64,000 nt of DNA from contig JAQGDQ010000020.1 in assembly GCA_030141605.1 (NCBI GenBank), positions 372,001 to 436,000 of the forward strand, given 5' to 3'. Positions 10,375-22,300 of this stretch are shown piece after piece (within the stretch, counting starts at the first letter, position 1; each line of letters starts with the position of its first letter). Both the position numbers and the translations under genes were made by a program. Origin of the DNA: Tubiluchus corallicola. Lineage: Eukaryota > Animalia > Priapulida. The notes beneath the pieces are model-generated. The model ran no database searches. It saw only the letters and a program-made list of their open reading frames with translations, and was not told where the DNA came from.

Positions 10375-13029
10375 CTCCTCAGCGAGTTCATTTTGGTGTT
10401 ATTTTACTCACAGTGATAACATAGGGGATGCAAAGTAGACTTGATGCGGATTTCATCAGAAAGGCTGATTTTTTTAAATAAAAATGTTGTAATATGATTC
10501 GTTGATTTTGCGTGTTAGAAACTTAGTTCCTAATTATTGTTAAATCAAAGTTCGTCCTTCATTGGGTCACATGAGCTCTGACCATGGATATGCATAACGC
10601 AAGATTTTGCCCATTGAAAGTTTACGTCACTCTGTAAGCTGACTGAGTCATTCGTCAAAAATAGCCCGGTAAAGAAAGTGAAAGTGGAAAATCATTAAAT
10701 TTAAACTTTGCGCCAAGAAACTTGAGCGAAAAGGGTAAATATACTACTACAGTATTATGTTTCGAAAGTAATTAATTTTGCGGTCGCTTCATTAAAAATT
10801 TGACAGTGGCTTAGGACTAGTCCTATCATAGGCTATACGTATGAGCATGACTCGAGTATGGTGTTAGTTATTATTATGAACTGACGACTGAGAAATTATT
10901 ATAGTTGCCCCAACGAAATTGGCAACTGTAGAATTATCGCCCCGTCTGTGTATTTGTCTATCCATCTGTGATATGTTTATTGGAGAAAATAAACGTCTAT
11001 GTAATGTATGTATGCATGTATCTGTCGCCACTTCCAGGATGTTGATACACGTGGTAGTCCTATTTTCGCGTCTTATGCGACAATGGTGCAACTTGCGCAA
11101 GATTTCGTTTTGAATAAGAAAATGCATTCGTAATTTAATACACCAAAAGTTTTTGGAATTCTTTGTACATAGTACGAACACATTTTAAGATAAATAAATA
11201 AAAATCTAAGCAAGCTGAACATAGACAAGGCTAAAACAAAATCTGGATTTAAAAACTTTATTGTGTTTTGGCAAGATCATTAATTTCAACAAATAAAATC
11301 TATTGCATCTAACAATGCACGGATGCCAAAACGAACTTACATCAAGCTAAAATTTTTGGATTTCACTCTGATATTAGAATTTAAGTGAATTGAAGATTCG
11401 GATTTGATTCAGTTTCGGAAATTACAAAAATGTGAGATTCGGATTTGATTCATTTTTTAAAATGAAGTGAAAATGAGTTGAGGTTCAATTCTGTTGCCGA
11501 TATTTAAAGTACAACCGGATGATTGTGTAAGCATTAGTTCACAATAAAGAATACTCGAAAATTTGAAAACTACAAAAGCTTTTTTTTAAATCAAAGCTTA
11601 GATTAAATAATAATTACCTAGGATACTCAAATTTCCTTAAACTTTCAAAGCTACGTGCGGCTCAATGAATCTACTAAGATTGGCAGCGGCGCCTTTTTGT
11701 CACATTCGCGTGGCCAACAAATAGAAGGCGGAACCGTGATAAGCATGATCACATGAACTGCAGTGTTAGTTTCTGATGTCACATGATGTAAAGCCCTTTT
11801 CGGGACATCATGCGTTTAAATAGTATTGTAACACTTATGCAAATGGGCTTGATGCGCAAGGGAAGACGCCTGCCATTGCACAAACTGTGTGTTAGTTTCT
11901 GACGTAAGCAATAGCTGTGTGCGGTTGCCGTTAATTAACTTTCTAAGCCAATTATTCAAATATAAGGAACAATTGTTAACTTTTGTAGGCAAGAAATTGT
12001 ATATTTTGGACAGTAAATTAACATGAGATTAAGTCTGAACAATCGTCCGGTCTTCCTTTAAGTTTCGTCCCACAGTGTATTTTGTTGTTACAGATTTCTT
12101 CATAACTTTTATCATCGCAAAAGAACTATAATTTTCACACTAAAACTTTATTTGCTGTTTTATCTATTTTATTCTTCTATCAGTAAACTTATAAATAGAA
12201 AATTGTGGCACACTTATTAAACAAATTACACAGCATTTCATGGCATGTGTTTCATGAATCGGATATTTGTTGACAATGTACAGCCAAAAAGTGAAATGGT
12301 CAGTTTTTTCCGATTCTTTGCCACCCTTGCCGCGAAACTGCCATGCATTGTGGCAAGTAATACCTAACGTAAGCTAATCCACTCATTTTCTTGAAACAAA
12401 CATTATTCTGCAACCATTCGGTCGCCCTGTTCATAAAGAAATACTCTAGAAGCCAAAATCCAGCATTTAAATGCAGGGTCTACTTAAAGTTGACATTTGT
12501 GGCATGACGGGAGCCTGGCTGATCAAGGATATCCTCCTAAGATGAGCCACTGAAATGGCCAAAGTATTTTAGCCATGTTGGGATTACTGTAAACAGACAG
12601 TTAAACAGCCAGAATCAGTGTGGTGAATTAAGTTACCCATCTAAGCAAATTCAGGCAGTCAGGAGCCATTCACAAGAAACGTATGCACAAGACCACGTGA
12701 CTGTAAACCCCTTTGTAAACATTTGGATACTCAATTTAAAAAAAAAATTCTGTAGCAATATGTGATGTTTTAGTAAAACTTGCAATAATTTGAAACAAGT
12801 AGTAAGGATGTACAGTTTCTGTAATATCATTCATATTTCTATAATAATAGTTATTATTATTATTTTTTCCTTTTTTATGAATCTCGGTGCCACAAAGTAA
12901 TAAAAAACAGTTGCTATGGTAATAGTAATTTGAATTAAACCCAACGAAGCAACAAAATAATTATCTTAACAAACTAAAATTGAACTCTGTACACTAAGTA
13001 ACCGACTTGTCTGAGATTTTAGAGTTTTT

Positions 13030-13720
13030 TGTAAGCTTTCATGATCTTATCACATCTTTGCACAAAGCAAAGGTTTCCTTGCTAGGCTCTTTCTTAACAT
13101 CATTGGACAACAGCCATAGCATTGATAATGCACACTTTGTTCTTGGCTCATTCACTGAAAGGTACCTTGTAACATCTTTTCCTTTTGCAATGAAATTCTA
13201 AAAAAGCATAATGAAAGAACTTTTATACATAGGAATTAGAAGTTTTCCATCAGGAAACAAGGACTTTGGAATAACAGAGAACTCAAACTGCTAGTGGTGT
13301 CACCTAATGTTTCTCGGAGTTCAGGGCTTGACTGTTGTACAACTAAAAAGCGAGCCAACAGTTGTCGGAACTTCGCAACCTTCTCCTGAACTTTGCATGC
13401 AATCTTCTTTTGACTTGTGCCGAGAACTTTCAACTTCATCTTTTCAATATTATCCCAAATCGACTTAACAGCAATGAACATCGTCAATCTGAATGAAACC
13501 ATATCTTTAAGCTTAGCTTTACCTTTTTCGTCATGCCAGTGGATATCTTGTTTAATTTCATCAGGCGCAGCCATTTTTGAGACTAAGTTCATCAATTTGA
13601 TATTGTGGCTGAATGGATGTTCTTTACAGTGTTTTAAAGTACTTGCTTTTATTTTGGTTGCATTGGTCCCAGTAAATGGCCGAAAAATCCTTTCTGGCAA
13701 TATTTAGGAATGTGCTTAAT
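13030..13720 (-). mobile_element. Decayed transposase-associated coding fragment, probably Academ (AcademX-type) DNA transposon
   Basis: The translation HPF..KLMNLVSKMAAPDEIKQDI..EKGK..SIWDNIEKMKLK..RQLLARFLVVQQSSPEL continues after a frameshift as QFEFSVIPKSLFPDGKLLIPMYKS and then KVCIINAMAVVQ. This is the motif order I recall for invertebrate Academ-like proteins upstream of their XPG/PIN domain. Stops and frameshifts are present. Confidence 0.6.
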
Positions 13721-16359
13721 GTTACGATTTGTCCTATTTTGGTTCCCGGAAAACCCTATAAGATCGGCGTCTGGGCAAACAGATCCATCCACACAGAAAA
13801 ACTAAGTTCATTGTTTGTATTCAGCATTCTAAAATAACCCATTCTAGTAAATTTCAGATTTGTACACTAAATAAGTCGGGCGTGCCATACTTTCGGGCCA
13901 GAAGGAATACCGTAAAGTGGGTTGCTAGGGCAATTGGGTCCGTCCTTATGAAGAAACTAATATCAAATTAATATTCAGAACCATAAAAATACCTTCTAGT
14001 GCAATTACTGGTGTGTCTTAATAGTCAGCATGGGGCTTTTCTTTGATCTGGGGCCCAATTGCAAATGGCACCCAATTTTTCTGGACTGTGAGTCACAATT
14101 CTTTACTTTCAATAAATTTCGCACAGAAATGCCACTGGAACCATATATCGGACATAAGGAACCCTACTATATAAGCTAATAATAACATCCTGAGATTTTA
14201 TGAAACAATATTAATGAATGATGCACGTTTGGAATCTATTGATTTAGTAAGCTGATTTCCACAGCTGTATTAGGGGTGGGGGAGGGGAAGGAATTGGCAT
14301 ATTTGTGTTTGCTGCTGTATCTGATCTAATATGATGCAGTATTATTTATATTTAGAAGTGAAACAGGTGCAAAAGAATAGCCGAAATTCTAAGCTAATAT
14401 GTAAAAAAACCAGGTACGCATTAGCAAATTTTAATTTGTCCTAATACATTCCAATCGTGCAGTGAATCAAAATATATAGTTGCCACTAGTTTTGAAGTGA
14501 TGATGCTGAGTATGACAAAAGTTGTACATAAGTTTTAACAGGGCTTCGTCAACCCACTGGCCATCCAATTATACTAACCATCCAATCATGATGAGGAAAG
14601 GTCAGAAAGGTTCCTCTGGAGTACAGCTGGGCGGTTCCTCTGTCTTGTAAAGAGAAAGATACTGTACGGAAGTGTTGGTTGAAGGCATCTTTATTTATTT
14701 TTTTGTTGACTGTTGTAATTTCTTAGGCTATTTTTGGTGGTGAAAGAATTTGTTCAGCTTAAGCAACAACTTCATCCGTGTTCACAGTAATGGAGAGAGT
14801 GTTTACATCTCGTTAGCTTTCAGTTTACGGGGCAAAATCTACAATTGTACGTTTGATGTATTGAAGGAGCTAAGAGAAGTATAATAATTGTAAACGTATT
14901 CGCAGACTGGCATTGTACAGTGAAATTTGTGCAACGTTACCATGGTGATAGCTAACGAAAGCAGGTTTAATGTGAAGGCTAAAACTTGGCTTTCATAAAA
15001 GTACATTTGATGTGAAATGAATTACGCTGGCTATTTTACACAAATTAAAATCATACTCACAAGAACTCGCTCAACTAACTTTAGATACTAAATACTACCA
15101 CTAGCTCAGCAATATAAATTGCGTGTGTACGCAGTATTGAACGCGATGCTGTACGTTGTCACAATGACAACAATAATTTTACCAGTTACTATGTTGACAT
15201 TAAAGCTGTACTAAAACAGACGCAGTTTATCCGTAATAGACGAAACGGGTTTTTCAGTTTTGCTAATGTAGAATGTTAGCTGTTACGTGTTAACGTAGAG
15301 TGACGTGTTTAACAAATCAACAACTCGAGAGTGAGTTTTACTTGAGCGTGATTTTCATTTCATCGGCTTTCACTTTTCACTCTGCCTGACTGTAGAATAC
15401 AGATGCTGATGTCAGTACATGTATTGATGACTTGTCTATACGCACATGTATAATGGCTTCTTGTAAACTTTGAACGGTGGCTGGCCTTGGTAACCATTCT
15501 ACAGCTGGTTAAACTTTGATCAAATAGAGATACCTTTCATATAATTAATTTGCAGCCTAGTTGCAGTACAGTTTAATGATTTTTAGTTGAAATGAGATCA
15601 CCTGTATTTTACAGTTTACAGCAATACCGTATTTAGTAGTGCAAACTACTTGGACTTTGAACACAGAGCTAGTGCAAGTACATTAATAAAATTATTGTAT
15701 TAGGCTTTACACGACACAATTTTGCACTCGAATGCAATAAGATTAGAGATAAGAAATACTTATTCATCGACACGTTGGCTTACTGATGTGAGCCTATGCA
15801 CTGAATGGTGTTTTAGCTCAATTTTATTAGCTATATAATTAGTTTTATATAGTAATTGAAAATAATTTGATCGTTGTTATTTTACGACTAGAGAAACGCG
15901 GCTAATCTGGTGTGTAAACTGTAATCGGCGTGTTAGGGATCATGAAAATGTAAGTTATTTTCTTGCGTGGTGCTTTCACTTTTTTGACAAACGCCTCCTT
16001 GCATACGGCGGTCATCCAGCGGACAACTGTACGATTTCATTATCTGGACAACCCTGCTTTATTTTGCCAAATTAAAAACTTGTTTTAGGTAGAGACATCT
16101 ACCTTCGTAAAATTCATTCACATGAAATCAAATAAGGTCCTGCATAAAGGAATATGTTGTTGACAGTTGTCTGGCGAGTGCCAGCTTCTCAGTAACATAC
16201 CGGCCACTAGCCAGCAAAGCGTGACTTTTCCATTGAATTCTGTGGTGTGTTATTGCGCCACGGAAGAGCAATGAGCTTACGTTTTGCTGGTCTTTATGTA
16301 ATAACCATATCTTTTGCAGTGCGGCACAACATTTTTAGGGGTTTAACCAGCAAGAAAGT

Positions 16360-19300
16360 ATGTCGACTATAAGTGCGTTGAATTCAGAAGAACCGCCAGG
16401 TGAAAAATTGATGAATGGCTCTAATTACAGGTAAAGCGCGATTTATTGAAATAATACATACATAAAATAATAGTCATCTTTATTTGTCATGCATGATATA
16501 TATGAAATTTAGTAAAAAGCAATTAGTATAACAAATTCGCAACTGTAAATTAAATTCAACTATACTTATAAACCTAAATGGTACAATTGAAATAAAGCTT
16601 AAAAGAAAGAGTTTGAAGTACATATAATTAATGGTTGTGTATGTTCAGCCCTTCCACTTACATTGTACGATACTGCTAGCAATTAGTGAGTAAACTATAC
16701 TAAATTAAAAAGTTTTGAAAAAGTTTTTAAACTAAAGAAAGTGTGCTTCATAATTAATTAACTGCAAGAATTTTTTGATAAAATGATCAAAACTAATCAT
16801 TTTGAATATTGTGATTCAAACAGTAAATTTGCCTGCATCGTGTTAATGATGTCACTTATTTGCAGTCCTATTAACACCCCTTCTCAGACGAGCAGTCTTT
16901 TCAGCACCCCGGAAAAGATGCCTTTAAAAAATGGGCCCGGAAAGGTGGCTCCTTCTGGGACTCCTGCTGAAAAAGAAAACGACAAGGAAGAAAAAGAAGA
17001 AAAAAAAGAAGACGTGGTGCCAGTGGGGGTTTTTCATTTGGTAAATATACATTTTCGTTTTATGTGCTTGTAGTTATGGCAGTCTAAATCTAATTATATC
17101 CCTAGTCTTAATTGTTCTAATTGCCCCTTTCAAAAAGTAAAAGAGAACTGACAATGACTGCCAAGTCACTAGCTTGTAGGACAACTTTTGTTAGTTTCAT
17201 TTGCCAATGGTGCATTCAGACTAGTGAGTTTTCTTTTTGAAAGTAAACTCACAAGTGTGAAAGTTCTACATTGTGAGTTACAGTCAGCAAGAAATTTCAA
17301 GCTCCCTGACAGTTGCTACGAATTGATTTCTTTAAAGTTACTGTTTAGTGTGAATGCCTCTGTGAATTACGCTCAACCCTTCTGTCAGCAAATAGAGAAG
17401 TGAGTGTCTGACAGTAAGTTTTGCTCTTTAGTCTGAATTCGCTTACGATTTGCTTGGCAAGTTACTTGAAGAGAAAACTCGCTGGTCAGAACACATCAGG
17501 GTGGCATCAATTTGCTTGCCATTTGCAAAAAATAAATTTCAACTGAAGAGTGATGACAACATGGGAGAACAGTAACAATGTAGTACAGTCATTGAACAAA
17601 CGTCATTGTGACTTGTTTCACTTTGGGCACCCTGTACGCATGGAAACATGTGCAGCACATCTTCGTCATCACAGACACCCATGTTTTTAAGTAGGGAAAC
17701 TGATGAACTAGTTATCGATATTTCAATTATAAAACTAAAGACATCATTAACGTTCTTTAGTTAAGCTTCTCTGTTTGTAATGCTAAATGAATTATTGTAT
17801 TTGGTGAAACATTTTGTAGCTATCTGGCCTTATATTTTAGGTTGAAAAACGTTTCCTAAGTGAGCATTGAGCAGTTTTTATGTTTTTGATTACTACTGTG
17901 ATTTAATTTTTACAATAATTGCAAAAATCCAATGGTGCCTAGTATAAGCCATTTAGAATATTATGAAATTTTGCAACTGTAATTGAGTAACCTAATAAAA
18001 TAAATAAACCACTAAATAAGAATTATTCTAGTGTTAGGGACATTCATGGTCACTTTCATCAAGATGTACAATTCATTACTTTTTACGGATCACATTGTAC
18101 AAAAATCGTAGAGAACTTCCAACTTATTTGGACATGTACATATTTATTAAATGATGCAAAGGTTAATCACTATGATGCATATTTATTGCACTTACTCTTT
18201 AGTGTGTCACTAAACATTTACGTGTTGAATAGAAAAGTTTTGATGCTCACTGTAACACATTTAATAACTGTAGCTCATATGTCAGTTAGAAGAGGTCTAA
18301 AATAGTGCAGTGTCAATTCTGCTTAGTGCTAGGATAGTAACTGTTAGTATTAGATGTTTCTAACCCAATCTAAGGACACTGTCTCTTTTAGTTCTACAGA
18401 TTTTGGAGGTGTTGCGACACCAAACAAATTAAGAAAATGTTCTACTATGTGTGTTTTTAAACTTGTGTACATAACTAAATAATTGAAATATACAATAGGT
18501 ATATTGTTCATAAAAAATATTGTAAATTTCTAGTTTGGACAATGTATTGCCTATAAAGAAAGTGTAAATCAATGTCATTAGTTTTCTACTATTTTATAAA
18601 TGCACTGGTTAAGAGCGAGACTTCTATAGAGTTATGTGTAAGCGCTTGTGATTGTCTCGTGTATTTGCAGTGAAAATGTTATGTGGTAGCCCATAGCATT
18701 TTGCTACGTAATTTCAGCTGATTGCTGTGCATTTGTTGCCATTTGTTTACAAAAGTGCAGAAACACTTGAAAAGGTCTTCGAACATTACAAATTTACGAA
18801 ATTTTTTAAAATCGCCTTAAGATCCTCACAGAACGATCTTAAATAATTTTATAATCATGTTTCTAGATCAATTATTGTTTTTTGCATTTTTTATTGCATT
18901 AATGTGTGTAGTATTAACCTATCATAATAAATGCGAATTTGCAAGCAGAAGTAATAACAGTTACTTGTTTTGAAAAATGCTGCACAAAAAACTTACTATA
19001 CAAAATAGATTTTGATTAGCAGTTACCGCTAATCATTTTTAAAGTAAAATTTTCCCTGTATTTGCTAACTTTGTTGCATAAAATGGCCAAGTAAAATAAT
19101 AAATAATGTCTAGCAAGCTTTTATTTGTGTTTTTTTTTTGTAATTTGTTATAGTTTCGTTTTGCTGATGTGTGGGACAAGTTGTTCATGTTTTTGGGCAC
19201 TTTTGGAGCATTATGCCATGGAGCAGCTTTACCTTTGATGGTTATTGTTTTTGGAGATATGACTGACTCCTTTGTACTAAATGAAATATGGCCAAATTTA

Positions 19301-22300
19301 GTAGACTATTTGGTCGAAGGTCTTGAATCGCGCAACAGGTATTTGATACACATCTTTATAGAGCAGGCTGCAGCTACACTTATGTGTGCTGTATGAGTGC
19401 TAATTATTATACTTTTAAAAACATCAAATAAAGAGGTGAGAGGTAAGCAATTTAGTCCTTATAATGTATAGTTATAATTACTATAATAAAATAACTGTAA
19501 CCATAGAAGAGACTTCATGCTATTTTGACAGACTTTACATTTTTATTAAATTATTACTTCATCGTCCAAAAATGATGCATTAACTTATTTCTTGCTTGCC
19601 AGTTGTAATTATCACCAAACAATTATATCTTAATACTGAAGCACTTCGTATCAGCATGCTATATAGATAAATGACTTACATTCTTACATTTACATAAATA
19701 ATTTACATTCTAAAATGCTAAAAGAGAAAAAATGTTTTGTTTTCTAAGAATGACTTATGCTTAAGAAATATTGTGAAATCTAATTTTAGTATTGCATCAT
19801 ATCGCCAATACCTGTTTAGTTAGACAAAAGTGCCTGCCTCATGGAAACTCATTGTGCAAAAGTAAGTGCTATACTGGAGTAGCAGAAGCTAAACCCAGTC
19901 ATAATGCCAAGGCAATTTTGTGAAATCACACATTAGCGTTGGATAAAATTGAAATTTAAAACTGTGAACTAAAAATTTATCGAGGCTTTGTCCTTCATTG
20001 CCAATGTCACGCAGCAGTACCGTTTCTCAATTTTCATTTTCTCAGACATTTCTGTTTTAGTTGGGCTTTCAGTTAAACATTGATGCATTTTTGTATATTC
20101 TTAGATCTGTAGAATGGTTTAACGAACTTTTTGGATGTAATCTGGCAGCAGATGATTGTTCATGTGTGGATAAGTTTCTAAATTCTTCGTTGTATGACAC
20201 TCTGCCAGCAAATCTTACCAGTCAGCTACCGTATGAGCCGGATGAAATTTGTGGTTCAGATGCATTGATGGATCAGATGAGAATGTTCTCCATTTACTAT
20301 GCCGCCATTGGAGCGGGTGTTTTACTTTTTGGCTACATGCAGGTGCACATCAAGAGTTACACTAGCACTTCTTAAGATTGAACAAGCTTATCCATAATTT
20401 GGTGCCTGTTTAATTGCCAATAGATAAATTAGATATATTAAGATTACTTTATTTTATTAAAGTAGCAAAAATGTTTAGTTTGCTGTACTTTTACGTTTAC
20501 TATTTTTCGTCAGCATACCCAAGACTGCATCAGCTTACTGATGTCATCTAGTCTGTTCTTATCTATCTTCATAAAGAAATAGTATACTTATAGGTACAGA
20601 TGGTAGTATAATTATAATCAGGATCTTTAATTATAAAAATGTAAGCAATAATTGTAGAGTAATTGTTAAAAAGTCTATTTGTGATTTAGGATGCCTTGAA
20701 ATAAATTTGTATTTTATGACAGGTTTCATTCTGGGCTATGGCAGCTGAAAGGCAAATAAATGTGATTCGAGTGAAGTTTTTTGAGGCCGTCATGCGGCAA
20801 CAGATAGGATGGTTTGACATTCATCATTCTGGTGGTTTAAGCACTAGATTATCTGAGTATGTTGTTTTTATTTCTTGAAAGTGTATGTAGAGATGTGGCA
20901 GAAAGAAAGGCTTGTCTTTTTTGTGGGAACCATTTTTCTTAATTGCTGTATTTTGAGGGCTAGTGAGTGATTCATCTTTGACGATTCGTAAGCCTTTCAG
21001 TTGCTTTTATTTTGGGAAGCTATTGTTTTTTTTTGCACAATCTCGGTAGTTAACTAAAAATTACTGTTTAGTTAAAATGCTGTTCTCCTTTCTGGTCTAT
21101 ATCCATATCACTAAGCTCATGTTTGTTTGTTTGTTTTTTGCCATCACATTCCTATTTCGAAGGGTAAAAGTGCCGACTGTTTCAAAATTTGGCATTATTT
21201 TTTTACAAAGAAAATATTTTGCAATTTGAAGCTATTAATAAGTAAGTAAGTAAGTTTATTAAAACAAACCCTGATTACAGTTAAAAAACTGAATTTTACT
21301 GTGGTATTTACAGATTGTAAAGTAAATAAATAAAATTAAAAGGCTACAATAATTTGCTAAACAATATTAATTTTCCACACAGCTTTCATAAAAGTACATG
21401 TTTGAAAGAAACAATCATATATCAGTTCAAATACGAGTTATGCATGTCAGCCATTAAAAAAAATTAATAAAATTTTCCAAACAATTTCACTTGATTTTCT
21501 TTAATGTTTGCCGTTGAGTAATCTAGTTAAATATTGTAAAGGTGATGTATAACATCTATCAATTCTACATTTTGCTTATTTTGCTTCAATATATTTTTCT
21601 TTCTTTCTAGTCGATCTTAGGCCTGCTTGTTCTCTTGCTGCTGGAATTAAATTGCCATGCCTTGAATTTTCTAATTTGCTTCGAATTTTTAAATACAGTT
21701 CAGTTTGCCGTTCTTTCAGTAATTCCAGTTTTAAATGAGCAGGTGCATTTTGATACTTTCTGTCTTGACAGACTGTGACATTCTGCACACCCTTTGTTGA
21801 CATTTTTCAAGTTCTTTAGGTTGTAAAGCAACAATACTAGAGTGCCAGGCAGCAACTGCCTAAATTAATTGGGACAATTGTGTGTAATATATGCTTTAAC
21901 TTTATCTGTATTCGTTGCCTCTGAACATCTCTGAAGCCTTAAAATGAACAATCTGCTAACAGCTTTTTAGATTAAAATCTTCAACTTAAATATCGCACTT
22001 TAAGTTTGTTTTAAATAGCTTCTCATGGTCTACTATGGGAAAATTTGCGTCCTTTAAAACAATATCAGACTGTAGTGACTGACAATTTCATTAATTATAA
22101 TTTTGAGTGCCATAGATCCTTAATGAGACTTCACTATGAAGCCTAAATGGTTCAAGAAATCTGTCATTAATTTTTACACATTTCCCTGCCATTTAAAAAG
22201 GAACATAACCAAGGTATTTAAAGACTTTCTAACAGCAATAGGTAGCACTTTGTTAAAGTTTGCTTGCTAGCGCTGAATTTTTATCTGTTGCACAGGAACC

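Noticed and set aside
12910-12923. X-box-like GTTGCTATGGTAAT (also 14936 and 38714)
   Set aside because: Imperfect, far from a ciliary gene start, and in or near repeat-derived or intronic DNA.
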